Source: an uncultured virus (IMG/VR IMGVR_UViG_3300044953_000168)
Lineage: Duplodnaviria > Heunggongvirae > Uroviricota > Caudoviricetes
DNA: 20,000 nucleotides
IMG/VR virus record: IMGVR_UViG_3300044953_000168
Reading direction: 5' to 3' (one strand)
The notes under the pieces were generated by a model. It saw nothing but the letters and a program-made list of their open reading frames with translations. It was not told the origin of the DNA and did not search any database. The translations under genes and the position numbers were made by a program. Positions 7,976 through 16,032 of this stretch are shown here, one piece after another; within the stretch, counting starts at the first letter, position 1; each line of letters opens with the position of its first letter.

Positions 7976-10933
7976 AGTGTACATTCTAAGACATTCTTAA
8001 TTCGAAGAGATAGCTCTTTAGTTCCGGTAAATCAATTTATCGAGGGAGCTATAGGGTATAATGCGTACCTCATTGATGACCTAAAAGTTTCCTCTATAGG
8101 TCCTGGACTTACCTCTGTTACTGTATTCTATAAGGAGATCACTAATCACCTAGTCTCTGTCTCCCCTCCTGTAGGCAGTACCAGCTCTAGTGATTCTTTC
8201 CGCGGCCTACTCAACTTACCTGCCTATACAGGCATACCTGCTAACTCTGTTGTCTTTGACAACGCAGCAATTACTGGATACAGGCTTCAGAATAATGGCT
8301 GGATGATTGAGGCTAGCCTGAGTGGTCTCTCTTCCGTCCCATTCCATACCTATAAGATTTCTGATATTAGGGATTATCAGGGTAAAGATAATTTTACTAC
8401 ATTCATAGGTGGCTACAGCAACAGCAGCCTTGGATACATGGAAGAAGGACACAACCCGGCAGGGTTGTTGAAGGGCAAGGTAAGGATTGGAATCACCGTC
8501 AGCACGAATAATGTCAGCGCTGATATCAGTAATTTTTTCCTCAATCAGAACATAAGAGATGGTAAGGTAGTATGCTGGGATAAGGACAGTTACAGCAATC
8601 TGTTCTTCCTATACATAGAAGCCAGCGAGCCGCAAGTTATCGCTTCCTTTCCAAAGGAAGGCAGCACACATTCATCTCAGGCCGTTCCTAGATCTGTCTA
8701 TCTACAGTACAACGACCCGCTACTCAATACCAATACTGGTCTAGCTATAAAGGTCTACTCTGGGTATGGGCAGTATAGCACTCTTCCGGCCAGCTCCCTA
8801 AGTGTATCTGAAGACATATTAAGGGTTAATATTAGCGGATATGTAGGAGGAGAAGGGTCCTACTCTCTGTATGTACCAGAAGGGGTGACCTCTAAGTACG
8901 GAATAGCGAGTAGATCTCCTTACATGCTTAACCTAGGTATAGGAAACTATACTGCTAGCGGATCTACTGGAGCGGGTGGCGGAGGAGGAACTGGGGCACC
9001 TACTACATCTACTTACATATTAAACAGTTCAGACCCTTCGCTGCCTAACGCGTTAACTCTTGATTATGCTAACAGGGTTACGGGGGTAGTAGTTGGTTCA
9101 AAGCTGTACCTATCTGGTGTAGGATTAAATGAACATATAACGGATGTAGGTATCCATTTTAGCCAAGAAGATATTAGTATAGACTCTACTCAGATAGCTG
9201 ATTTTACAGAATCGACCCAAGACGTTGTTGGTGCATTTGCTACGGGCATGTCCGGTATCTCTGTTATATATAATGATGCTGGTAATACTCTTACTATTGC
9301 TTTATCGGGATGGCTTTACACAGGTATTACTGGACATATAGGAATTACATCTGGTAATCCGCACGGCACTACTGCTGCGATGGTTGGCGCTCCAACCACA
9401 GGTAATTACTCTTACCTTTCTGGGCAATGGTTTAGCCATGCAAGCGATACAAGTCTCCACTTTACAGAAGCATCAATTAATCATGATAACATACTAAATA
9501 TAGGAACATACGGCCATGACACTATAGATACTCATATAGATGATACTAGTATACACTTTTCGCAGGGAGCTATATCTATATCTTCAACACAGGTTTCCGA
9601 TTTTACGGAAGCATCTCAAGATGTAATAGGTGCCCTCGTAATAGGTCAATCAGGTATTACTACTGTATATAACGATGCTACTAACACGTTTAGAGTAGGA
9701 CTATCAGGTTGGTTATTTACTGGTATTACTGGACACATCGGTGACACCAGTATACATTTTACTCAAGCTCAGATAAGTATTCCATCGACTCAGATTTCAG
9801 ACTTTACAGAAGCATCTCAAGATGTGGTTGGAGCATTCGTAGCTGGACAATCTGGGATAACTGTAGTATACAATGATACAGCGAATAGTCTTACCTTTGG
9901 ACTATCTGGCTGGCTGTTCACGGGCATCACTGGGCATATAGGTGATACAACTATTCACTTTACTCAAGCCCAAATATCAATATCGTCTACTCAGATTTCA
10001 GATTTTACTGAGGCTGTGCAGGATACAGTGGGATCTTCCAGCTTCTTGTTGTTTGCTAACGGGATGTCTGGTACATACAGTGATGCTGGTAATACTCTAA
10101 CTTTAAGTGGACTAATTGCTACTGCAACAACGCTGGGCGTCGCATCCTATAACTCAAGTGACTTCTCTGTCAGCTCAGCAGGATCCGTAACTATAGCTAA
10201 CCGGCTACACGTTAATAGTGGACTAAGGGATCTAGCCAGTCCAGAAACAGGAAGATATACTCTTCGAGTTAGATACAACATAGAAGACTTTGCTCCACTG
10301 ACTAACGCTTGGTCTGCTACAACAAATGCTGGTGGTGCAGGGTACCAGCAAGATGCACAGTATACTACAGCACTACAGGGTAGGGACTTTGTCGGAGCCA
10401 TAACTGCAGATAACGGCACTTCTACGGGATCTACTGGAGCATCTGTAATGGCGCAGAGCCAGTTAGCACTGTGGATGCGGGATAATAATAGCTTTTACTA
10501 CAATGTCCTTATAGGCAATACTGGTCAATCTCTACTCCGGTTCGGGTTGATGAATAATACCGCTGTAGCTACAGGTGCTCCTACTAATGGAGCGTATTTC
10601 GAATACGATTCTAGATCTGGAATTACATGGATGGCAATGACAGCCTCTGGAGGTAACTACACCAGAGTAACTACACTTGCTACGGGAGTTACCAGCACAT
10701 TTAACTGGTATGGAATAGAGTGTGTATCTACTGGATATAGATTCTATGACTTTTCTAACTCTAACTATAGACTGCTAGCTACTATCACAACTACTCTTCC
10801 TTCTTCGTCAACTTCTGCTGGTAGAGCGTTCATACAGGCTATAGGTAACGGAGCTAACTATCGTGGTATATATCTAGATAAATTTGCATATCCTATATAT
10901 TACAGCGGCATGCCGTCTGGATTGTTACCATAA
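7973..10933 (+). CDS. Tail fibre / receptor-binding-like protein
   Basis: 986 aa. N-terminal Ig-like segments (LVSVSPPVGST; PQVIASFPKEGS...VYLQYNDP, Big_5-like pattern), a poly-Gly linker, 67-aa shaft repeats with HxxDTxIH, a fibre-type 'ATATTLGVASYNSSDFSVS..GSVTI' motif, and a C-terminal lectin/jelly-roll-like region (NGAYFEYD...WMAMT...WYGIE). Confidence 0.75.
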   Translation: MSVHSKTFLIRRDSSLVPVNQFIEGAIGYNAYLIDDLKVSSIGPGLTSVTVFYKEITNHLVSVSPPVGSTSSSDSFRGLLNLPAYTGIPANSVVFDNAAITGYRLQNNGWMIEASLSGLSSVPFHTYKISDIRDYQGKDNFTTFIGGYSNSSLGYMEEGHNPAGLLKGKVRIGITVSTNNVSADISNFFLNQNIRDGKVVCWDKDSYSNLFFLYIEASEPQVIASFPKEGSTHSSQAVPRSVYLQYNDPLLNTNTGLAIKVYSGYGQYSTLPASSLSVSEDILRVNISGYVGGEGSYSLYVPEGVTSKYGIASRSPYMLNLGIGNYTASGSTGAGGGGGTGAPTTSTYILNSSDPSLPNALTLDYANRVTGVVVGSKLYLSGVGLNEHITDVGIHFSQEDISIDSTQIADFTESTQDVVGAFATGMSGISVIYNDAGNTLTIALSGWLYTGITGHIGITSGNPHGTTAAMVGAPTTGNYSYLSGQWFSHASDTSLHFTEASINHDNILNIGTYGHDTIDTHIDDTSIHFSQGAISISSTQVSDFTEASQDVIGALVIGQSGITTVYNDATNTFRVGLSGWLFTGITGHIGDTSIHFTQAQISIPSTQISDFTEASQDVVGAFVAGQSGITVVYNDTANSLTFGLSGWLFTGITGHIGDTTIHFTQAQISISSTQISDFTEAVQDTVGSSSFLLFANGMSGTYSDAGNTLTLSGLIATATTLGVASYNSSDFSVSSAGSVTIANRLHVNSGLRDLASPETGRYTLRVRYNIEDFAPLTNAWSATTNAGGAGYQQDAQYTTALQGRDFVGAITADNGTSTGSTGASVMAQSQLALWMRDNNSFYYNVLIGNTGQSLLRFGLMNNTAVATGAPTNGAYFEYDSRSGITWMAMTASGGNYTRVTTLATGVTSTFNWYGIECVSTGYRFYDFSNSNYRLLATITTTLPSSSTSAGRAFIQAIGNGANYRGIYLDKFAYPIYYSGMPSGLLP
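9134..10110 (+). repeat. Intragenic 201-bp (67-aa) degenerate tandem repeats
   Basis: Unit-initial His codons at 9134, 9533, 9734 and 9935, plus a different 198-bp His-rich block starting at 9335. Consensus HIGDTSIHFTQAQISISSTQISDFTEASQDVVGAFVAGQSGITVVYNDAxNTLTxGLSGWLFTGITG. Confidence 0.9.
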
Positions 10934-10954
10934 TATGGCGTATATAAAATAGTT

Positions 10955-11632
10955 ATGCAGGACCCTGTCATCTTAAATAAAGTGAATATATTTGTTTCCA
11001 TGTTTATGGAAAAGTATAATTCACTTATCAATTCCTTAGGAAGGAAATATCTTATACCTAACCGGTATACTATCGACGATATCAAGCAGTACATATCAGA
11101 ACGGATAATCCAAATTCTGACTGCTAGACTGACGGCTAAGGACAACCAGATAGAGGATCCAGAAAAATACTTTAAGTCTTGTCTAGATTTTTATTGTATA
11201 GAATATCAAAGAATGCATGGTTATATTTTTGAACTCCCTAAGCGCCCTAGGAAGAACTGCGAGCTCGATGAGCAGTATATAAGAAAGTTCGGGTTCAAGT
11301 ACTTAGGAGATATGACTACTGAAGAATACAATTCTTTGTTGTTTGAAGACAATACATATGATGACACTCAGAGTCCTGTATGGGCGGCACTCCTCTCGGT
11401 GCTAACTAGGGATGAGGCTCAGGTGATTGACTGTATATTTAATAGAAAGCTGACTTGGCTCGAGACTAGTAAGGAACTTAATGTTCCACAGTCTACTTGC
11501 TGGATAAGAAAAGATAGGGCTATAGAGAAGATATATAGAGCCTTCGAAAAGCTGAACGGTGAAATCAATGACTGCATCAAAAGATTCCTTAGGTCCGATC
11601 CCACAATTCTCGGCAGTTTCGGCGGAGACTAA
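10955..11632 (+). CDS. Sigma70-family (ECF-like) RNA polymerase sigma factor or related transcription regulator
   Basis: Region-2-like 'TIDDIKQYISERII...PEKYFKSCLDFYCIEYQR' and region-4 HTH 'LTRDEAQVIDCIFNRKLTWLETSKELNVPQSTCWIRKDRAIEKI'; 225 aa fits ECF/phage sigma size. Confidence 0.7.
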   Translation: MQDPVILNKVNIFVSMFMEKYNSLINSLGRKYLIPNRYTIDDIKQYISERIIQILTARLTAKDNQIEDPEKYFKSCLDFYCIEYQRMHGYIFELPKRPRKNCELDEQYIRKFGFKYLGDMTTEEYNSLLFEDNTYDDTQSPVWAALLSVLTRDEAQVIDCIFNRKLTWLETSKELNVPQSTCWIRKDRAIEKIYRAFEKLNGEINDCIKRFLRSDPTILGSFGGD

Positions 11633-11798
11633 CGCCCCAATACCGCTGCCACGTAACATCGTTTGGGACGGGATAACACTGGACCCTGATGAGTTGATTG
11701 TATATATAAATGAAAAAGGCGAGTATGAATATATCACTACTCACCCTTTCGATGAAAACAAGCAGTACAGAATAATAATTTTTGATTATAGTAGCTAG
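11568..11798 (+). CDS. Hypothetical protein (~76 aa; start uncertain)
   Basis: ATG at 11568 (GTG at 11559) overlaps the sigma 3' end. It fills otherwise empty sequence, has a protein-like C-terminal half, and its TAG shares CTAG 11795-11798 with the stop of the convergent gene. Confidence 0.5.
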   Translation: MTASKDSLGPIPQFSAVSAETNAPIPLPRNIVWDGITLDPDELIVYINEKGEYEYITTHPFDENKQYRIIIFDYSS

Positions 11799-12157
11799 AT
11801 TGTTATCTTTACTGGCTTATAAGTAAATGAGTTAATAGCGATTATTAGTTCTATTATTCTATCTTTATCAAGTGTAAAGACATCGCCCTTAAGTACTAAG
11901 TCAAACTTAGTATTTTTAAAGATCATCTTAATTGATGCTGGTACATTCAGCATACACTCATAGTGTCCAACTGTGTACCCATAAAAAGAGGGCCCAAATA
12001 CTATTGATAGATGTGCATCATCAATATAATCAAATACTATTCTTGCTGCTTTATTCTTGTTAGTTAAAGAGTCTTGTTGCCATCTAGAATCTATTCTATG
12101 TGGTTTCCACTTAATATCAGTAAATTTATCTATCTCAGACGCTAACTGTTCTTGCAT
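11795..12157 (-). CDS. Hypothetical protein (120 aa)
   Basis: Re-started at MQEQLASE (ATG 12157), which has GGAG upstream (GCCTGGAGAAAAT-ATG). Last gene of the - strand block; AT-rich. Confidence 0.7.
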   Translation of the reverse strand: MQEQLASEIDKFTDIKWKPHRIDSRWQQDSLTNKNKAARIVFDYIDDAHLSIVFGPSFYGYTVGHYECMLNVPASIKMIFKNTKFDLVLKGDVFTLDKDRIIELIIAINSFTYKPVKITI

Positions 12158-13403
12158 ATTTTCTCCAGGCCTTTTCGCAGAAGCTTCCTCCCTTAGAGAC
12201 AGCATAGTCTGTTCCCCATGGAAGTGTAATACCTGCGTCGGCGATTTGATTGGCGATCTCAGGCAACGGATTCATCCACTGCTCGACCATCTTATCCATA
12301 TACAGGCCCATCTGATTCTTGAGTCTCATCAGCCGCATAGCCAGTGCAGTGCCTATCTGGCAGCCAACTACTTGAGGCATATAGCCTTGGATCATCCAGG
12401 CGAAGGTTGAGTGGTTAGGAGAATTAGGATCTCCCCAGATAGCAGGAATAAGTGCTAACTTTGTTCCTGTAGCTTCAGGAACGTCATGCTTAAACTTCCA
12501 GCCTGCTGTCCAATCGCCCGCAAACCAGTTCTGGTGCTCGTAGCAGATATCTTCTTGGAATACTTTTCCTAGATACTTGTTAGGATCGATGAATGGTTCT
12601 ACTCCGAGTAGTACTCCTGCGGCGATTATTAGAGCCTTACGTCCCTGAGAGTGTCCTCCTGATGGATAGTTTCTTCTTCCATCACCGAATGCACCGGCAA
12701 GGTCAAGGCCCCGCTGAACGACAGCAAGAGCAAGAGGAAGCTTCTCTGCAGGAGAAGCAGTTGAACAGAGCTGTACGAGGGCCTGGGATACAATAGATGC
12801 ATAGTACGTACCGTAGCCAGGATGCTGGCGATCAGGTGTACGTTCATCAGTAGACCAGCCGTCATAGCAGTCCCCACCAAATTTCTGCAGGAGTGCGGTC
12901 AGATATGGGATAGTAGGCTTAGCTTTTCCCCATTGGGCCCAGTCAACATCCAACTGATCCACGTCAACAATGCTAGGCAAATTATTGACATTGACCTGAG
13001 ACTCCAGTATAGGAGCAGATCTTAGGAAGCGTGGTATAATCCCATTACCGATTGCAGGAGGCCGTAGGAGCCCCACTTGGACGGGGTAGTCTACGAACAC
13101 CACTGCCATCATTTCGGTCACCTGGGAGCGTCCTGGGACGTCCCAATAGGATCCACGGCCCGACCCTACTCTGGCCAGAACTACGGTATCCCCTGCCTTG
13201 AATACTGTACTCGTAGGGATAGCAGAGCTATGTACATTGACTAGATTAGTACCAGCTATATTAACCATCCCTGGGGAGTTAGAGGATAAAAATCCTACTC
13301 CCGCAGGTGGAACTTGGACCACCCAAGATCCGTCCCTAGTCTTAAGGGCATTGATCGGGGTGGTTATCTCTAAAGATATCTGGCCGTCGTAGAGTGTTAT
13401 CAT
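12135..13403 (-). CDS. Uncharacterised 422-aa protein, possibly a carbohydrate-active enzyme with a helical catalytic domain
   Basis: Long ORF in operon order. Conserved-looking block 'QHPGYGTYY...VVQRGLDLAG...GGHSQGRKALIIAAGVLLG' and many Trp/Tyr. The CDS is secure; the function is speculative. Confidence 0.7.
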   Translation of the reverse strand: MITLYDGQISLEITTPINALKTRDGSWVVQVPPAGVGFLSSNSPGMVNIAGTNLVNVHSSAIPTSTVFKAGDTVVLARVGSGRGSYWDVPGRSQVTEMMAVVFVDYPVQVGLLRPPAIGNGIIPRFLRSAPILESQVNVNNLPSIVDVDQLDVDWAQWGKAKPTIPYLTALLQKFGGDCYDGWSTDERTPDRQHPGYGTYYASIVSQALVQLCSTASPAEKLPLALAVVQRGLDLAGAFGDGRRNYPSGGHSQGRKALIIAAGVLLGVEPFIDPNKYLGKVFQEDICYEHQNWFAGDWTAGWKFKHDVPEATGTKLALIPAIWGDPNSPNHSTFAWMIQGYMPQVVGCQIGTALAMRLMRLKNQMGLYMDKMVEQWMNPLPEIANQIADAGITLPWGTDYAVSKGGSFCEKAWRKYARTVSV

Positions 13404-13406
13404 TTA

Positions 13407-14036
13407 TTACTTCTTCTTAACCCACACTTGTCCACTTAGATAGAGGACATCTAGCTCTTCTTGATAACCTAACAAGAAGCTGTTAATAGCGTCATAGGGA
13501 CGTCTGTGCGGTGGTTGGCCCTTAGACGTTGCCGTTGGGATGCCCCAAAGGTAGTCATCAAATGCAAGTATACCTCCCTTCTTGAGGAGAGGGAAACATA
13601 GGGTAGAGTCTTCTATTACGTTACGCATAGCATGTCCCCCATCAATGTAAATAAAATCATATTTTTCTTTATTCTTAGGATCACTGTTAAGTTTTACTAA
13701 CTGATCAAAGCTGAATCCATCCATGATGGTTAGCTTATCAGAGCCGTAATCCTTAGTGTTCTTTTTGAAGCGGTCGAATATTTCTTTCATATTAAGATCG
13801 GCATGCTCGAATCCGCCTAGCCAAGAATCTATACTAGTAAGAGTAGAAGTAGGATGGGTCAGTAGGTTATCCAGGATCCAGCAAGTTCCCTTTCCCTCGA
13901 AGGCACCTACCTCAAGGAAGGCTAGGTTAGGGGTGTTCGCAAGATGCATTAAGAAATGCCTAAATAGGCTAGATGGTCCATCGAACCAGTTAGCGGTAAA
14001 TTCTTTTGTTACTTCCGGTACTTGTGTGTTAGTCAT
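13407..14036 (-). CDS. Class I SAM-dependent methyltransferase (Methyltransf_24-like)
   Basis: Motif I 'FLEVGAFEGKGT', 'TSIDSW', 'YDFIYIDGGH', 'LKKGGILAFDDYLW'. Confidence 0.9.
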   Translation of the reverse strand: MTNTQVPEVTKEFTANWFDGPSSLFRHFLMHLANTPNLAFLEVGAFEGKGTCWILDNLLTHPTSTLTSIDSWLGGFEHADLNMKEIFDRFKKNTKDYGSDKLTIMDGFSFDQLVKLNSDPKNKEKYDFIYIDGGHAMRNVIEDSTLCFPLLKKGGILAFDDYLWGIPTATSKGQPPHRRPYDAINSFLLGYQEELDVLYLSGQVWVKKK

Positions 14037-14038
14037 AG

Positions 14039-14818
14039 TTAGATTAGTTGAAGATACTTATGGGGATTCAATCGAACGGTATTAGGAATGTTCTTGTTAT
14101 TAGGCAGATAGATCAGTCGCTCTTGAGCGTTGTCCCTACCAAAGATATCTTGCCCATTACTAATTCTTGTGCTAATCACAGAATCATCAGCACACGATGA
14201 AAATTCTTCATGAGCAAAGTTCTGTATTTTTTCTTTTACGTCTTTAACAGATCCAAAGAATGAACAATGCCATCCAGAAGAGTGGATGGAATCCATGTAG
14301 AATCTGTTATTTCTAAGGGTCTGCATGTTGTGCCTGGTCTTAGCTCTAAATGCAATAGTTCCGTGGCACTGCTCAGGCTTCATGTATTTGAAATTATAGT
14401 AGTAAAAAAATTGCTTACTTAGTATAGGCTTATCATAGCCGAGATTAGATTCTAGAATAAAAGAAACAAAGTCTCTGCTCGGGATCTCGTCAGCATCAGA
14501 CAACAGTATTAGGTCGTCTGGATGTGCTAGGGCATATACGTTTTCAAGTCCACGCCGCTGCTTGTTCTCTCGGCCCCAGGCGGTATCAGAATCAATATTT
14601 GTATTATAGACTATTATGCGGTCTTTAAAAGGTAAGAATCTTGGATCTGTAACTAAGGCTTCGCTCATATAGAGCGGCTTAGCCTTACCTGCATGAGTAA
14701 GCTCGGCTTCTGATATTACAAAATAATCTACTACACTAGATAGCTCTTGCATTCTTAATTCTATAAGATCTAGTTCTTTATAGAAAGGGAAGCAATCATA
14801 TACTTTTTGTTTACTCAT
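14039..14818 (-). CDS. GT17-family (MGAT3 / beta-1,4-GlcNAc transferase-like) glycosyltransferase
   Basis: 'VYDCFPFYKELDLIELRMQELSSVVDYFVISEAELTHAGKAKPL', 'WGRENKQR', 'DDLILLSDADEIPS', 'GWHCSFFG' and 'KIQNFAHEE' are hallmark GT17 motifs. Start moved to 14818 (ATGA overlap). Confidence 0.88.
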   Translation of the reverse strand: MSKQKVYDCFPFYKELDLIELRMQELSSVVDYFVISEAELTHAGKAKPLYMSEALVTDPRFLPFKDRIIVYNTNIDSDTAWGRENKQRRGLENVYALAHPDDLILLSDADEIPSRDFVSFILESNLGYDKPILSKQFFYYYNFKYMKPEQCHGTIAFRAKTRHNMQTLRNNRFYMDSIHSSGWHCSFFGSVKDVKEKIQNFAHEEFSSCADDSVISTRISNGQDIFGRDNAQERLIYLPNNKNIPNTVRLNPHKYLQLI

Positions 14819-15489
14819 AGAGTGGGTACCCATTCAGAAAAGTCTAGCTTAGTTAGGTATAGATCTGTATTGGTATTAAAGAGAGATACGGCTTTAGATA
14901 CTGGAAGCATGTACCCGGGATACATCTCTACTCCATGTCTACAGATAGCTATATCCTTCCACTTGGTAGTCAGGAGTGCCTTGTTCGATATCCAGTACTG
15001 GGCACCTGAGTAGTGCCAAGGTGCTGGTCGCGGTCCTCCCTTCTCCATAGGGAAGGTCTTTTTAAAGATGCCTACTGATTGGGCACCATCTAAAAAGTGT
15101 TGTTCTATTCTGGGTATGTTCCCTAGCAGGGTTAGATAGATGGCATGTACCCATGCATGTATGTTGGGGGCCTGCGGTCCGGGCTTAGAGACTCCTGCTG
15201 TAGTCCCCACATATGTGATAGCTTCGGGATCCCGTAAGGACTTCTCCATAGCATCTATAAAGCCTACTACTTCACCGAGCGAAGGATTGTTCTTATAGAA
15301 ATCAAATGACTTATTCTTTCGTTTTAAGAATGGACCTAAGATTTCTTTTGTTTTTTCTAGGTCATTGTATACTATTTTGTAGTAGCAGTTATCAAATATA
15401 TGATCAAAGGCAGAGATGTAAGAAAGATTATTATACAGAATTTCTTTATCTGCTTCTGCATAGATGTGGTAAATAAGATTCTTCTTCAT
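14815..15489 (-). CDS. Hypothetical protein, glycosyltransferase-associated type
   Basis: 'LIYHIY', 'N...LGE..GF', 'TYVGTTAGVSK', 'WHYSGAQYWI', 'RHGVEMYPG'. From recall this resembles the 'YxHxKG...HYSGNFWW' proteins of viral/bacterial glycan clusters. ATGA overlaps at both ends. Confidence 0.55.
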   Translation of the reverse strand: MKKNLIYHIYAEADKEILYNNLSYISAFDHIFDNCYYKIVYNDLEKTKEILGPFLKRKNKSFDFYKNNPSLGEVVGFIDAMEKSLRDPEAITYVGTTAGVSKPGPQAPNIHAWVHAIYLTLLGNIPRIEQHFLDGAQSVGIFKKTFPMEKGGPRPAPWHYSGAQYWISNKALLTTKWKDIAICRHGVEMYPGYMLPVSKAVSLFNTNTDLYLTKLDFSEWVPTL

Positions 15490-16031
15490 AGGATCAACTG
15501 GCTGAGGGAAGGGAACTTATTGTCTATTATAGAGTAGGATATATTGGCTGTAGATATCTTTTTTCTATTGTATTTAACCATCCAATCTACTTCATCACGT
15601 TCTAAGGAGCCACCTTCGAACAGTATAATCTTTGAGGTTCCTATGTACTTGTTATAGATTCTTTCTAGTATATCTCCGTCATTGGATATGTCTAGATGGA
15701 GAAGATCAAAGTCTTGATCTGATTTTTCTATCCATTCTGTAAAGTCGCAATAAGACAACGTTACATACTCTGCTATATTGTACTTGTGAAGATTACTTAA
15801 TGTGTTAGAGAAAGTAGATTTGTTATAGGGATATTTTTCAAATAAGTCTAAACCAAAGATATGTCCTACCTTAATATCTCGTACGGCCTGAGCCATAGCT
15901 ATAGTAGAGTATCCATTTAGTATTCCAAAATCGATTATGTTTTTGGGTTTGTACTTTACAATAGTATTGTATAGAGTATGTCCAATATCATTTTGTTTAT
16001 AGGAGGAGGCAACATCTATTGGCTGGTACAT
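15486..16031 (-). CDS. Class I SAM-dependent methyltransferase-like protein
   Basis: 'KPKNIIDFGILNGYSTIAMAQA', 'FGLDLF', 'FDLLHLDISND', 'IILFEGG'. Confidence 0.8.
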   Translation of the reverse strand: MYQPIDVASSYKQNDIGHTLYNTIVKYKPKNIIDFGILNGYSTIAMAQAVRDIKVGHIFGLDLFEKYPYNKSTFSNTLSNLHKYNIAEYVTLSYCDFTEWIEKSDQDFDLLHLDISNDGDILERIYNKYIGTSKIILFEGGSLERDEVDWMVKYNRKKISTANISYSIIDNKFPSLSQLIL

Positions 16032-16032
16032 G

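Noticed and set aside
9134..10110. Fibre repeats as a diversity-generating retroelement TR/VR pair or CRISPR array
   Set aside because: The repeats are in-frame, differ largely at synonymous and non-adenine-specific positions, and have no spacers; no reverse transcriptase or cas gene is present.
7973..10933. About a dozen N-x-S/T sequons in the fibre as evidence of N-glycosylation
   Set aside because: Expected by chance in an Asn/Ser/Thr-rich protein; no oligosaccharyltransferase is visible and no enrichment test was possible.
10934..10954. TATATAAAAT before the sigma gene as a T4-like late promoter
   Set aside because: Not the TATAAATA consensus, not repeated before other genes, and indistinguishable from AT-rich spacer.
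748..11737. Minus-strand ORFs in the left block (e.g. 748..978, 1343..1567, 1595..1807, 2544..2789, 3853..4377, 4374..4694, 10147..10419, 11402..11737)
   Set aside because: They lie antisense to longer, tightly packed + strand genes and have no motifs; best explained as shadow ORFs.
13401..13409. Read-through fusion or split gene joining the methyltransferase and the 422-aa protein (same frame)
   Set aside because: Two tandem TAA stops separate them and the methyltransferase domain is complete.
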